A stretch of DNA of 64,000 nt from Gaiellales bacterium. Its GTDB lineage: Bacteria > Actinomycetota > Thermoleophilia > Gaiellales > SKUG01. A program made the translations under genes and the position numbers. Shown here one piece after another: positions 1 through 10,756 of the stretch (positions within the stretch are counted from its first letter, which is position 1; every line of letters starts with the position of its first letter). The stretch lies in contig JBBQUY010000002.1 in assembly GCA_038212015.1 (NCBI GenBank), positions 7,313-71,312 of the forward strand. Reading direction: 5' to 3'. The notes under the pieces were generated by a model that saw only the letters and a program-made list of their open reading frames with translations, was not told where the DNA came from and searched no databases.

Positions 1-933
1 CGCGCGGGCGAGCGACTGCTGCGACAGCTGCATGCGTCGATGGCGACGATCGGCCCGTTCGGGGCACGCTCCAACCTCAAGGGCTTCATCCTGCCTGACG
101 ACCTCGAATCGGTGATCGCCGCTCGAGCCGTGGCGTTCCTGGAAGACCCGGCCGAAGCAGACGGCGTCAAGCTCGCGAAGCTCGGCGCCTCAGGCGACAC
201 CCGTGCCGCAGGCGAGCTGCTGCAGTCCTGGCGCGAGCCGATGGCCGCCCGCTCCGCGCGCGCGGGAGCCTGGAACGGCGAGGGCTGGATCACGTTCCTG
301 CCACACACGGCACGCGCGATGCTCGTCGCTGCCGGCAGCTATGACCCGCACGGATCGCATGAGCGCTACCTGCGCGATGCCGCCAAGCGCGTGAAATTCA
401 TCGCGGGCAACTCCGCCCACGAAGTGCAGCACTCCGTCACCGATCGCACCCCGTCGGCGACGTTCACGTGGATGGAGGAGGGTATCGCCAACGTCTTTGC
501 TCGCACGCCGGTGTTCCAGGCGAAGATCGCGCGCGCAGCCGGCATGTCGGCCCACTCCTATGCGGCGATGCTGGCCCACGCGCCGTCTTTCGAGACCGGC
601 TGGGCACCGTACGTTCGCCCCGGCGGCCCCGCAGCGTCCGAGGCCACCGACGACGCCCGCGAACGCACCTACAACCGTTCGCAGGTCGTGCTGCGCGACC
701 TCGCACGCATGGCAGGCGCCGACTTCCGCTCCAGCGCCGGAAAGGCGCGCGCCTTCGACCTGTTCCAGGGCCGCACGCTGCGCTTCGTCCCCGGTCGCCT
801 CGCCGACGCGATCATCGAACACAACGGGCTCGATGCATCCGTGCGCGAACGCCTGCGCGACCGCATCAAGGTGGCGGTCGACCTTCCCGGCGGCGCACGC
901 ACGATCGCCGCCGAATTCGGGATCGTCGACTGA
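1..933 (+). CDS. Hypothetical protein, 5'-truncated at the window edge (the reading frame is open from nt 1). Contains AHEVQH (HExxH) and GSYDPHGSHE segments that resemble the zincin-like DUF4157 motif.
   Basis: The frame stays open from position 1 through ATG 40 to the stop at 933. GC3 is high. The HExxH motif was found by eye. No homolog search was possible. Confidence 0.5.
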   Translation, partial: RAGERLLRQLHASMATIGPFGARSNLKGFILPDDLESVIAARAVAFLEDPAEADGVKLAKLGASGDTRAAGELLQSWREPMAARSARAGAWNGEGWITFLPHTARAMLVAAGSYDPHGSHERYLRDAAKRVKFIAGNSAHEVQHSVTDRTPSATFTWMEEGIANVFARTPVFQAKIARAAGMSAHSYAAMLAHAPSFETGWAPYVRPGGPAASEATDDARERTYNRSQVVLRDLARMAGADFRSSAGKARAFDLFQGRTLRFVPGRLADAIIEHNGLDASVRERLRDRIKVAVDLPGGARTIAAEFGIVD

Positions 934-953
934 GGCAGTCAGTGCGTCGCGCG

Positions 954-1583
954 TCAGTCGCGCACGTAGCCGCGCTCGCGCTCCCAGACGGGAACCCCGG
1001 AGCGCACCGAGGTCTCGCCCTTCGACCACGCGCCGGCAGTATTGATGAGGCTCGCCGCCGCCTGCAGCGCGTCGACAAGCGCCGCGGGTGCGGTTGAGGA
1101 GTCGAACGACCAGACGTCGGGCGCATCGATCGGTGAATCCAGTCGTGACACGCGAATCTCGCCGACCCGTAGGCGGCCGACATCGGTCGGCGCACGCGCG
1201 GCCGCGCGATCGAGCTGCAGGGCATCGATACCCGCGTACGCCTGTGCGATGGCTCGGGTCGTCTCGACACCGTGCAGCTGGTCGGGAACCAGCCACTTCG
1301 TGACGCGACTCGCCACGGGTGCGAACGACGCATACTGGATGCGCGTCGCCTCGATGCTCATCGGCGCGCCCTGCATCGCCAGGTCGTTCAGTTCCAGCCC
1401 GAACTCCTGGATCGACCCGCCCGTGCCGGGCGCAGTGAAGCGAACCATGACGCCGAGGGGATGTTCGACCGTGAGCTGCACGACAACCTCCGAGAATGAT
1501 GGTTCTCGGAGCGTACCGGTAGCTCCGGCGGTGCGTCGCACCTCCAGAACGTTCAGCGACGGACTGCCGGTCGATGACCGCAT
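954..1583 (-). CDS. Hypothetical protein (209 aa)
   Basis: A 630-nt ORF with high-GC3 codon usage, convergent with the upstream gene and divergent from vapB. No recognizable catalytic motif. The LRVGEIRVS segment is faintly MOSC-like but there is no conserved Cys. Confidence 0.4.
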   Translation of the reverse strand: MRSSTGSPSLNVLEVRRTAGATGTLREPSFSEVVVQLTVEHPLGVMVRFTAPGTGGSIQEFGLELNDLAMQGAPMSIEATRIQYASFAPVASRVTKWLVPDQLHGVETTRAIAQAYAGIDALQLDRAAARAPTDVGRLRVGEIRVSRLDSPIDAPDVWSFDSSTAPAALVDALQAAASLINTAGAWSKGETSVRSGVPVWERERGYVRD

Positions 1584-1635
1584 CGTTGAACGATACCTTC
1601 ATCGATGCTACGATTGGGGTCGGAGGTGGCTTTCG

Positions 1636-1863
1636 ATGGCGTCGGTGATCCTGTCAAGCAAGTATCAGGTGGTCGTGCCCAAGGAGATACGCGAGCGCCA
1701 TGGCTACAAGCCGGGTGATCGGCTCGCATGGTTCGACGGGCCGTTCGGATCGAAGCTCATCAAGCCGTTGACGCTCCAGGAGATGGGCGGGATCCTCGCG
1801 GACGGACGAGCGCGAGAGCCGTTCGTGCGAGAGAAGGACTTTGACGGCGGCGAGTTCACATGA
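1636..1863 (+). CDS. vapB: AbrB/MazE/SpoVT-family antitoxin (VapB-like)
   Basis: ATG 1636 is preceded by GGAGGTGG. The N-terminus SSKYQVVVPKEIRE is the swapped-hairpin AbrB motif. The stop overlaps the next ATG (ATGA at 1860-1863). Confidence 0.7.
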   Translation: MASVILSSKYQVVVPKEIRERHGYKPGDRLAWFDGPFGSKLIKPLTLQEMGGILADGRAREPFVREKDFDGGEFT

Positions 1864-2246
1864 TCGCGCTCGACACGTCGGTGTGGGTCGAGCTGTGGGA
1901 GCGTCCGGGGAGCTACGACGAGGTGGCGGCGGCGATTCGGGACAACGGTGGCGATCCCGAACGCGTCGTCGTGCCGACGACCGTCATCTTCGAGACGTAT
2001 CGGTGGATGATCCGCAATGGTGAACCAGAGGACCAGATGGATCTGCTCGCCGGTTCCATGAACGAGCACGAGGTCGTCGATCTCGATTCCCGGCTTGCGC
2101 GGACTGCCGCATTCACGTCGGTCACGACCGGTTTGGCGGCGGCGGATGCGACGATCCTAGCGACGGCCCGATCGCGCCGCGCGCGCCTGCTGACATACGA
2201 CGGCGACTTCGCCGGCATCCCGGACGTCACGGTGCTCACTCGCTGA
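1860..2246 (+). CDS. vapC: PIN-domain ribonuclease toxin VapC
   Basis: 128 aa. The N-terminal IALDTSV carries the acidic residues, and DGDF sits near the C-terminus. It has a 4-nt overlap with vapB. Confidence 0.75.
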   Translation: MIALDTSVWVELWERPGSYDEVAAAIRDNGGDPERVVVPTTVIFETYRWMIRNGEPEDQMDLLAGSMNEHEVVDLDSRLARTAAFTSVTTGLAAADATILATARSRRARLLTYDGDFAGIPDVTVLTR

Positions 2247-3374
<1,128 letters not shown>

Positions 3375-3377
3375 GGC

Positions 3378-4589
3378 ATGTCGGTCTCCTCGATGTTCGA
3401 CCTGCCCTCCGTCGCCGGGGAGCAGGTTGCCGGCAAGCGCGTGCTCGTCCGGGTCGACTTCAACGTTCCGATGGACGATGACGGAACGATCACGGACGAC
3501 ACGCGCATCGTCGCGGCACTGCCGACGATCGACCACCTGATGCGCCAGGACGCGACCGTCGTGATCCTGTCGCACATGGGTCGTCCGAAGGGCGAGTACG
3601 TCGAGAAGCTGTCGCTGCGGCCGATCGCGGACCGTCTCGGGCAGATGCTCGAGCGACCGGTGACGTTCGTGACCGACTGCGTCGGCGACGTTGCCATGGA
3701 TGCCGTGCGCGATGCCCAGCCGGGCGACGTGCTGCTGCTCGAGAATACGCGCTTCCACGCCGAGGACACGAAGAACGATCCCGAGTTCGCGCGCCAGCTC
3801 GCGCGGCTCGGTGACGTGTTCGTCAACGACGCGTTCGGTACCGTGCACCGGGCCAACGCGTCCACCGCGGGCGTGGCGGCATACATTCCGGCAGTCACCG
3901 GCTTCCTGCTCGAGCGAGAGCTGCAGCAGCTGAGCCACCTGGTCGATGCACCCAACCGTCCGTTCGCGTGCATCGTGGGTGGGCTCAAGGTGAGCGACAA
4001 GATCGGCGTGCTCGAGAGCCTCGTGACGATCGCCGACGCGATCCTCATCGGCGGCGCGATGGCCAACACGTTCCTCAAGGCGAAGGGCGCGCAGACGGGC
4101 TCCTCGTTCGTCGAAGACGGCGAGGGCGTGGAGCTCGCACAGCGCATCATCGAGCTCGCCGAGGAAGAAGACTGCTCGCTGCTGCTGCCGATCGACCTCG
4201 TCGTCGCACCTGCGATGGAAGCGGGTCAGGAGACACAGGTCGTGGCGTCGGAGAAGGTGCCCGACGGACTGATGGCGCTCGACATCGGACCGCGCACGCG
4301 CATGCTCTACGAAGCACGGATCGCCGACGCGCACACGATCTTCTGGAACGGGCCGATGGGAGTGTTCGAGATCGAGGACTTCGCCGACGGCACCCGCGCG
4401 ATCGCGGACGCGGTCGCGGAGAACCCCGGCATGACCGTGATCGGCGGCGGCGACTCCGTGGCAGCCGCCAACAAGTTCGGCGTGGCCGATCGCATCGCAC
4501 ACATCTCCACCGGCGGCGGCGCGTCACTCGCGCTGCTCGAGGGCGAGACCCTGCCGGGCATCGAGGCAATCCGCGACGCGCCCCAATAG
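3378..4589 (+). CDS. pgk: Phosphoglycerate kinase
   Basis: 403 aa. N-terminal RVDFNVP and C-terminal IGGGDS hinge motifs. Immediately follows gap. Confidence 0.95.
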   Translation: MSVSSMFDLPSVAGEQVAGKRVLVRVDFNVPMDDDGTITDDTRIVAALPTIDHLMRQDATVVILSHMGRPKGEYVEKLSLRPIADRLGQMLERPVTFVTDCVGDVAMDAVRDAQPGDVLLLENTRFHAEDTKNDPEFARQLARLGDVFVNDAFGTVHRANASTAGVAAYIPAVTGFLLERELQQLSHLVDAPNRPFACIVGGLKVSDKIGVLESLVTIADAILIGGAMANTFLKAKGAQTGSSFVEDGEGVELAQRIIELAEEEDCSLLLPIDLVVAPAMEAGQETQVVASEKVPDGLMALDIGPRTRMLYEARIADAHTIFWNGPMGVFEIEDFADGTRAIADAVAENPGMTVIGGGDSVAAANKFGVADRIAHISTGGGASLALLEGETLPGIEAIRDAPQ

Positions 4590-4601
4590 GAAGGACCCAC
4601 C

Positions 4602-5420
4602 ATGTCAGGCACCGCGAGCGAACTGCGACCGATCGTCGTCGCAGCGAACTGGAAGATGCACAAGCTGCGGTCGGAGGCGCTCGAGTACCTCGAGGACCTC
4701 GGCACGTGGATGGACGAGCACCCGCAGGGGCTCGGCACGCGCGTGGAGGTCGTCGTCGCGCCGCCGTTCACGAGCCTCGAGCTCGCGGTGGAGCACCGCC
4801 CGCCGCACGCACGCGTGTACGCACAGAACATGCACCAGTCCGACCAGGGCGCGTTCACCGGTGAAGTGAGCCCGGCGATGCTGCGCGACCTGGGCGTGGA
4901 CGGCGTGCTGCTCGGCCACAGCGAGCGACGCCAGTACTTCAACGAGCACGACGGCGCGCTGAGCGAGAAGGTCGTCGCCGCCGCCGAGTTCGGTCTGCGC
5001 GCGATGCTCTGCGTCGGCGAGACCCTCGACGAGCGTCAGGGCGGACGCGCCGAGGACGTCGTGCAGGAACAGCTCGAGACCGCGCTGAGCGACCTCGACG
5101 TCATCAAGGCCACTAGCAGCGGCCTGTCCGTTGCATACGAGCCCGTCTGGGCGATCGGCACCGGCGAGACCGCCACCGCCGAGATCGCGCAGGGCATGCA
5201 TGCCGCGATCCGCGACGTGCTCAGCTCGGTCTTCACGGCGGAGATCGCGGAGCGCATCCCGGTGCTCTACGGCGGTTCGGTCAAGCCCGCGAACGCTGCA
5301 GAACTGCTTGGACAGCCCGACATCGACGGCGCGCTCGTCGGCGGCGCGGCGCTCGAGGTCGAGAGCTTCAGCGGCATCATCTCGGCCGGGCTCGACCTGG
5401 TCGCGGGCGCAGGCGTCTGA
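4602..5420 (+). CDS. tpiA: Triosephosphate isomerase
   Basis: Motifs AANWKMHK, AYEPVWAIGTG and YGGSVK. 272 aa. Confidence 0.95.
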   Translation: MSGTASELRPIVVAANWKMHKLRSEALEYLEDLGTWMDEHPQGLGTRVEVVVAPPFTSLELAVEHRPPHARVYAQNMHQSDQGAFTGEVSPAMLRDLGVDGVLLGHSERRQYFNEHDGALSEKVVAAAEFGLRAMLCVGETLDERQGGRAEDVVQEQLETALSDLDVIKATSSGLSVAYEPVWAIGTGETATAEIAQGMHAAIRDVLSSVFTAEIAERIPVLYGGSVKPANAAELLGQPDIDGALVGGAALEVESFSGIISAGLDLVAGAGV

Positions 5421-5421
5421 C

Positions 5422-7014
5422 ATGTCGACGCCCGTCGATCGCCCCGTCGCACTCGTTATCCTCGACGGGTGGGGCCTCGCGCCCGACGGACCCGGCAACG
5501 CGGTGTCACTCGCTGACACCCCGACGTTCGACGCACTGTCAGCCGCCAACCCCGGCGCGACGCTCGTCGCGAGCGGCATCGACGTGGGCCTGCCCGACGG
5601 CCAGATCGGCAATTCCGAGGTCGGTCACCTCAACCTGGGTGCTGGCCGCGTCGTCTATCAGGACCTGACGCGCATCGACCTGGCGATCAAGGACGGCTCC
5701 TTCTACGACACGGTCGCACTGCTGGATGCCTGCAAGCAGGCAAGTGCGGGGCGCGGCGTGCTGCACGTGGTCGGGCTCGCGTCGTTCGGCGGCGTGCACT
5801 CGCACCTGGAGCACCTCGTCGCGATCGCTCGCATGGCTGCCCGGCAGAACGTCCGCGAGATCCGCGTGCACGCGATCACCGACGGGCGCGACGTCGCACC
5901 CGACGCCTCGATCCGCGACATGGAGTGGTTCGAACGCCAGCTCGGCGACATCGAAGCAACCGAGGACGGCTGTCGTGCCCGCATCGTGAGCGTCATCGGA
6001 CGATACTGGGCGATGGACCGCGACCACCGCTGGGACCGCACCGAACGAGCCTGGGACCTGCTCGTCAACCGCCAGGGCCGACGCGCGATCTCCGCACGCG
6101 ACGCAGTGCGCATCTCGCACGAAGCCGGCATCACCGACGAGTTCATCGAGCCGTTCGTGATCGCCCTCGACGACCCGGGCGAAGGCATCGACCCCGGCGA
6201 CGTCGTCGTGTTCGCCAACTTCCGACCCGATCGCATGCGACAGCTCGTGCCGGCCCTCGTCGCGCACGAGTTCGACGGCTTCAACCGCGGCCGCACCTAC
6301 CGGCCCGTCCATCATGCGGCCTGCATGTGTGAGTACGACCCGCTGCTGCACCTGCCGGTGGCGTTCCCGCCGAACACGCTCGTCGACACGCTCGCCGACA
6401 CGCTCGCGCTGCACGGCATCGGGCAGCTGCACGCCGCCGAGACCGAGAAGTACGCACACGTCACCTACTTCTTCAACGGCGGCGTCGAGACGATCCACGC
6501 CGGAGAGGTACGATCGCTCGCCGATTCGCCACGCGACGTGCCGACGTACGACCACAAGCCGGAGATGGCCGCCGCCGAGGTCGCACGCCTGTTCGAGGAC
6601 GGGTTCACAGACCCGACGGTCGGCTTCGCCGTGGTCAATTTCGCCAACCCCGACATGGTCGGACATACCGGCGTGATCGACGCTGCCGTTCGCGCATGCG
6701 AAGCCGCCGACACCGCACTTGCCCGCGTCGTGGCCGCTGTCCACGCGCGGGGCGGCACGGTGCTCGTCACCGCCGACCACGGCAACGCCGAGCAGATGCT
6801 CACCGAAGACGGCAAGCCGCACACCGCGCACACCACCAACCACGTTCCCTTCATCGTCGTTGCCGCTGGCGGACCAGGATCGCTCGACCTCACCTCCGTG
6901 CGTGACGGTCGCCTGGCCGACGTGGCGCCGACCGTGCTCGACCTGCTGGGCCTGCCGCAACCACCCGCGATGACCGGTCACAGCCTGCTCGAGCGCGCGG
7001 TCGTGCCGCACTGA
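5422..7014 (+). CDS. gpmI: 2,3-bisphosphoglycerate-independent phosphoglycerate mutase
   Basis: Real start is ATG 5422 (MSTPVDRPVALVILDGWG), 1 nt after the tpiA stop. The 5' part of the longer ORF in the track is out-of-frame overlap with tpiA. 530 aa. Motifs LDGWG and TADHGN. Confidence 0.9.
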   Translation: MSTPVDRPVALVILDGWGLAPDGPGNAVSLADTPTFDALSAANPGATLVASGIDVGLPDGQIGNSEVGHLNLGAGRVVYQDLTRIDLAIKDGSFYDTVALLDACKQASAGRGVLHVVGLASFGGVHSHLEHLVAIARMAARQNVREIRVHAITDGRDVAPDASIRDMEWFERQLGDIEATEDGCRARIVSVIGRYWAMDRDHRWDRTERAWDLLVNRQGRRAISARDAVRISHEAGITDEFIEPFVIALDDPGEGIDPGDVVVFANFRPDRMRQLVPALVAHEFDGFNRGRTYRPVHHAACMCEYDPLLHLPVAFPPNTLVDTLADTLALHGIGQLHAAETEKYAHVTYFFNGGVETIHAGEVRSLADSPRDVPTYDHKPEMAAAEVARLFEDGFTDPTVGFAVVNFANPDMVGHTGVIDAAVRACEAADTALARVVAAVHARGGTVLVTADHGNAEQMLTEDGKPHTAHTTNHVPFIVVAAGGPGSLDLTSVRDGRLADVAPTVLDLLGLPQPPAMTGHSLLERAVVPH

Positions 7015-7041
7015 GCCGGACGTTCCGGTTTGGACATCGTG

Positions 7042-7071
7042 CGGATCGCGGCGCAACGAATCAGCGATCCG
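7042..7071 (+). terminator. Stem-loop after gpmI (8-bp stem cggatcgc/gcgatccg, 14-nt loop)
   Basis: Inverted repeat read directly from the sequence 28 nt after the gpmI stop. There is no U-tract, which is common in high-GC genomes. Confidence 0.35.
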
Positions 7072-7108
7072 TGACCGAAAGACAGGTACGGCGCCACTGC
7101 AGGGGGTA

Positions 7109-8011
7109 GTGGCTGCGACGATTCGGGGGAATCGAGCGCTCGTGGGGATCCTGGCGACCATCGGAGAGCTGCGCACCAAGCCATTGGGACACCTCATCGG
7201 TGTCGCCGACTCGGTGCTGCGCCCCGAATCGCTGCTCGACGACCTGGGTCGCATCGGCGACTCCGCGCGCCCGGTCGTGATCCAGGGTGGTCTGTCCACC
7301 GATGCGTACATGTACGAGCCGCTCGCGGACCTGCTCCGTGCGCGCGGATTCCAGGACGTGTCCGCGACCGCACTCGACTTCCACGGATTCGGTTCGTTCC
7401 AGAAGGACGCGAAGAATCTGGCCGAGCTCGTGAGGGCGGCCTCGGAACGATCGAAGGCTGCCGGGGGCGACGGCCTCGTCACCGTCATCGCCCACTCCAA
7501 GGGCGGCCTCACCGCGCGCTGGTACCTGCAGAAGCTCGGCGGCGTCGAACACGTCGACCAGCTGATCACGCTCGGCACGCCGCACAACGGCTCGGCGCCC
7601 TATGGCACGCAGCTCACCGCGCTGGGCGGACTCCTGCCAGGCATGACGGCGATCAAGCAGCTGAGCGCATCGAGCCGCGAGGTGCGCTGGCTCAACCGCG
7701 ACCTGCACGGTTTCATGGAGCGGGCTCGCGCGATGCGACCGGAGTTCCGGATGGTGTCTCTGGCCGGCGACATCGACCTGCCGATGCTGCGGGGCACCGA
7801 CGGGCTCGTCTCCAACGGGGCGGCACGGCTCGATCCGACGGTCGCAGGTGTCTCGAATCTCGTGTTTCGTGGGCATGGTGCGCACCACGGCGCGATCGCC
7901 GGTCAGTACGGCGTCCATGAATCGACGCTTCGAAGCGCGACGATCCTGGCCTCGGGCGGACCGCTTGACCAGGCCGCATCCGGCGCGGCGCTCCTGTCCG
8001 GCGGCGTGTAG
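7109..8011 (+). CDS. Alpha/beta-hydrolase, lipase/esterase-like (AHSKGG nucleophile elbow)
   Basis: GTG start. The GxSxG-type motif IAHSKGG follows a beta strand PVVIQGG. 300 aa. The exact start is uncertain. Confidence 0.6.
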   Translation: MAATIRGNRALVGILATIGELRTKPLGHLIGVADSVLRPESLLDDLGRIGDSARPVVIQGGLSTDAYMYEPLADLLRARGFQDVSATALDFHGFGSFQKDAKNLAELVRAASERSKAAGGDGLVTVIAHSKGGLTARWYLQKLGGVEHVDQLITLGTPHNGSAPYGTQLTALGGLLPGMTAIKQLSASSREVRWLNRDLHGFMERARAMRPEFRMVSLAGDIDLPMLRGTDGLVSNGAARLDPTVAGVSNLVFRGHGAHHGAIAGQYGVHESTLRSATILASGGPLDQAASGAALLSGGV

Positions 8012-8029
8012 CTCGCCGACCTGTGCCGA

Positions 8030-8332
8030 TTACGCCGCAGGTGGTCCTGCGAGCAGCAGGTACAGCACGCCCAGGCACGCAGCCATCATGAGCAGCGTGA
8101 TGATCGCGCGGTGGATCTTCGGCGGGTGCGGCGTCACGCGGCGCGTCTCCCACAGCTCCACGCGTCGCTGGAATCGCGCCGACTTCTGCAGCTCGCGGCG
8201 CTCCGACTTCGTGAGGTCGGGCGCGGTGAGCATCTCGAGCAGCTCGGCGTGGGACGGTGGCGTCGGGGCGGTGGGGCTGGCCATGCGTGCATTCTCGCAG
8301 ACGACGGGGATGGCACGCGCCAGGCGCGCCAC
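8030..8332 (-). CDS. Small membrane protein, hypothetical (C-terminal TM segment)
   Basis: A 100-codon ORF (GTG start). An alternative ATG at 8284 gives 84 aa. Hydrophobic C-terminus IITLLMMAACLGVLYLLLAG. High GC3. Confidence 0.3.
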   Translation of the reverse strand: MARLARAIPVVCENARMASPTAPTPPSHAELLEMLTAPDLTKSERRELQKSARFQRRVELWETRRVTPHPPKIHRAIITLLMMAACLGVLYLLLAGPPAA

Positions 8333-8364
8333 CCCCGAGTCCGCTCAGTCGGGTCGGATCGGCA

Positions 8365-9534
8365 TCAGCCGATCGACGGGAAGCTCGTCACCTGCGTCGA
8401 ATCGTTGCCGGCGAGGTCCTCCGTCTGAAACGTGATCGTCGCCGCGATCCGACCTGATGCCGCTGCGGCCGTCCTGCCGGTTGCGGTCAGCGGGATGCGC
8501 GCGACCTTCGTACCGGCGCCGGCGAGCTCGACGGTCACCGATCCGAGCACCGTGCGCCCCAGGCGCAGCGTGACGTCGGAGGTGCAGTCCTCCGCGCAGC
8601 TGAGCGTGAAGTTGAGGCCGCGGTCGAGCCAGATGCTGCGGTAGACGGTGTAATTGCCGATCGCGACCTTCGGCGAAGTCTGGTCAGACGACACGTCGCC
8701 GGTCGCGGCCATCGCCGTGATCGCATCCACGCCGATGCGCGGATGGGTCGCCGCCGCCGTCGTCGCGCCCGTCGAGAGGTTCACGCTCCACAGTCGCACT
8801 CCATCCTGTCCGGTGGCAGCGAACGCAGCCCAGCCACGATCGCCGGAGCCGATGTCGAAGTGCGCCGCAGCACCCGCGTCCACACCGAGCGCTCCGACGG
8901 TCACGAGCGTTCCGTTGTTCGGCGGGTCCTGGCGAACGACGACGTTGCGGCCGCTGTCGATGTCGAGCAGCGTGGTGGTGGCGGGCGCCGGATCACCGAA
9001 CACGCTCGACGTATAGGCGGCAGCGCCGACGGCGGGATTCGCGCCGGCTCCTGCGTCCGTACCCAGGTATGCGAGGGGCCCGTCGGTCGCGACGAGCGCG
9101 CCGGTGTCCGGGTGCAGCCGCAGATTCTGGTCAGCGTCGGAAACGACGCGGATCCGGTCGGCCGTCGGATCGAAGTCGAACCCGAACTGCGTGCCGGTCA
9201 GCGTGACTGGTGAACCGATCTGCTTCGTCGAACCCGTTGCGGGATTGATCACGAGCAGGCGACCCGCGCTCGTGAGCGCGTACAGCTGGCCGGTGGCAGG
9301 GCGCTGGTCAAGGCCGACGATCGATTCGCCGCTGGCCATGCCGAGCAGGCTTTCACGCTCGAGCATGCGGCCAGGGGCCTGCGCGGTGAACGAGACGATC
9401 TGGTTCGCGGGGGTCGTCGCGTAGAAGAGTTCTGCAGCACCTGCGGTCGAGGGCGCAGCGAGTGCGGCTGCCGCGAGCGCGAGGACGGCGAGGGAGCGGC
9501 GTCGTTTCGGATTCGTCGTGTGTCGATCGGTCAT
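8365..9534 (-). CDS. Secreted DUF4394-like protein with signal peptide
   Basis: The real start is ATG 9534 (MTDRHTTNPKRRRSLAVLALAAAALAAPSTAGA signal peptide). The longer ORF in the track upstream is a frame artefact. Repeated YALTSAGRLLVINPATG and FGFDFDP segments match my recollection of DUF4394. Confidence 0.6.
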   Translation of the reverse strand: MTDRHTTNPKRRRSLAVLALAAAALAAPSTAGAAELFYATTPANQIVSFTAQAPGRMLERESLLGMASGESIVGLDQRPATGQLYALTSAGRLLVINPATGSTKQIGSPVTLTGTQFGFDFDPTADRIRVVSDADQNLRLHPDTGALVATDGPLAYLGTDAGAGANPAVGAAAYTSSVFGDPAPATTTLLDIDSGRNVVVRQDPPNNGTLVTVGALGVDAGAAAHFDIGSGDRGWAAFAATGQDGVRLWSVNLSTGATTAAATHPRIGVDAITAMAATGDVSSDQTSPKVAIGNYTVYRSIWLDRGLNFTLSCAEDCTSDVTLRLGRTVLGSVTVELAGAGTKVARIPLTATGRTAAAASGRIAATITFQTEDLAGNDSTQVTSFPSIG

Positions 9535-9715
9535 GGAGCGTTCCTTTCGGTCGGGTTCGAGGCCGCCAGGGAGGGCGAGCCCGCGAACGTACGCACGGAA
9601 GCTACGGGGGGTCGCCCGCTCATGCGCTGCAGTTACAGAATCCTGTGCGGTGGTGCGTACATCAAACGATCGGATCCCCCTAGGCGCCCAGCGAAGCGTG
9701 GCGTACGGTGGACAC

Positions 9716-10756
9716 GTGGAGTGCCGATCCACAGCCGCCACCGCCGTCCTGTCAGGTGGATCCACCGCGATCCCACCGGCCACGTCGAGCCCGATGACGC
9801 CGTCGACCACGACGTCGCTCGAGCCTGCGCTCGCACAGGCGCTCAGCGCGATATCCGAGGCGATCACCGCACTCACGCGCGTGCTGGGCGGCTCGCGGCA
9901 GCCGGTGGCGGGTGCCACGCTCACCTCGTCGCCCGCACCCGCGTCCGCGTCAGCGATGGCATCAGCACCGCTTGCTGCTGGCGCGAATGGCGGCGTGACC
10001 GCCGCCGCGCCCGCGTCCGGGGCTGCATCGACGCCCGCACCTGCGCCTGCGGGCGGTCGCAGCACCGCGCGAGTCGCGACCTTCAACGTGCTCGGCGCAT
10101 CGCACACCGATGCGGGCGGCAACAAGCCGGGCTGGGCAACGGGCGTCCAGCGGGTGCCGGAGATGATTCAGGAGCTGCGGTCGGGGGGCGTCGAGATCGC
10201 CGGTCTCCAGGAGTTCCAGCCGTCGCAGCAGCAGGCATTCAAGGCCGCGAAGACCGGGTACGAGCTCCATGGCGAGCGCGACAACGTGATCGCCTGGAGG
10301 TCCGACCGCTACCGCAAGGTCGGCGCCACGTCGCTCACGATTCCCTACTTCGAGGGCAGCCCACGCAAGATGCCCGCGGTCCAGCTCGAGGACCGGGCCA
10401 CGGGCAAGCGCGTGTGGGTGCTCAACGTCCACAACCCGGCCGATACCAAGGCCCATCCACGCAACGTCGCCAACCGGCGCGAGGCGGAGCGTCGCGAGCG
10501 AGCGTTCGTCGAGCAGCTCAAGCAGTCCGGCGTGCCCGTGCTCGTCGTCGGTGATTTCAACGACAACCGGGAGTCGATCGACGCGATGACTGCAGGTGGG
10601 CTCACGAGCGTCGCGCGTCCCAGGCAGAACGCGAGCGGCATCGACTGGGTGTTCGGCTCGCAGGGCGTAAACTTCGCCAACACCACGCGCGACTTCGGCC
10701 CGCGTCAGGACCGCACGAGCGACCACCCGATCGTCACCACCACCGCGACGTTCTGA
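9716..10756 (+). CDS. Endonuclease/exonuclease/phosphatase (EEP) family protein, probably secreted
   Basis: C-terminal domain with GLQEF, VLVVGDFN and SDHPIV motifs typical of the EEP fold. The start is uncertain: GTG 9716, or the conservative ATG 9794. It ends in TGATCA, which also contains the convergent gene's stop. Confidence 0.6.
   Translation: MECRSTAATAVLSGGSTAIPPATSSPMTPSTTTSLEPALAQALSAISEAITALTRVLGGSRQPVAGATLTSSPAPASASAMASAPLAAGANGGVTAAAPASGAASTPAPAPAGGRSTARVATFNVLGASHTDAGGNKPGWATGVQRVPEMIQELRSGGVEIAGLQEFQPSQQQAFKAAKTGYELHGERDNVIAWRSDRYRKVGATSLTIPYFEGSPRKMPAVQLEDRATGKRVWVLNVHNPADTKAHPRNVANRREAERRERAFVEQLKQSGVPVLVVGDFNDNRESIDAMTAGGLTSVARPRQNASGIDWVFGSQGVNFANTTRDFGPRQDRTSDHPIVTTTATF

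Noticed and set aside
190-1602. Long minus-strand ORF (470 aa), extremely Arg/Gly/Ala-rich
   Set aside because: Its composition is typical of out-of-frame or antisense reading of high-GC coding DNA. It overlaps two better-supported genes (1-933 plus strand, 954-1583 minus strand).
1042-1635. 5' portion of the 273-aa plus ORF preceding vapB
   Set aside because: It is antisense to the 954-1583 gene. The AbrB domain begins at ATG 1636, which has a strong RBS.
5131-5421. Upstream extension of the gpmI ORF beginning inside tpiA
   Set aside because: That segment's translation is Ser/Arg-rich with no similarity to iPGM. The true start is ATG 5422 (MSTPVDRP...), immediately after the tpiA stop.
5539-7587. 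682-aa minus-strand ORF antisense to gpmI
   Set aside because: Shadow ORF of gpmI with no motifs.
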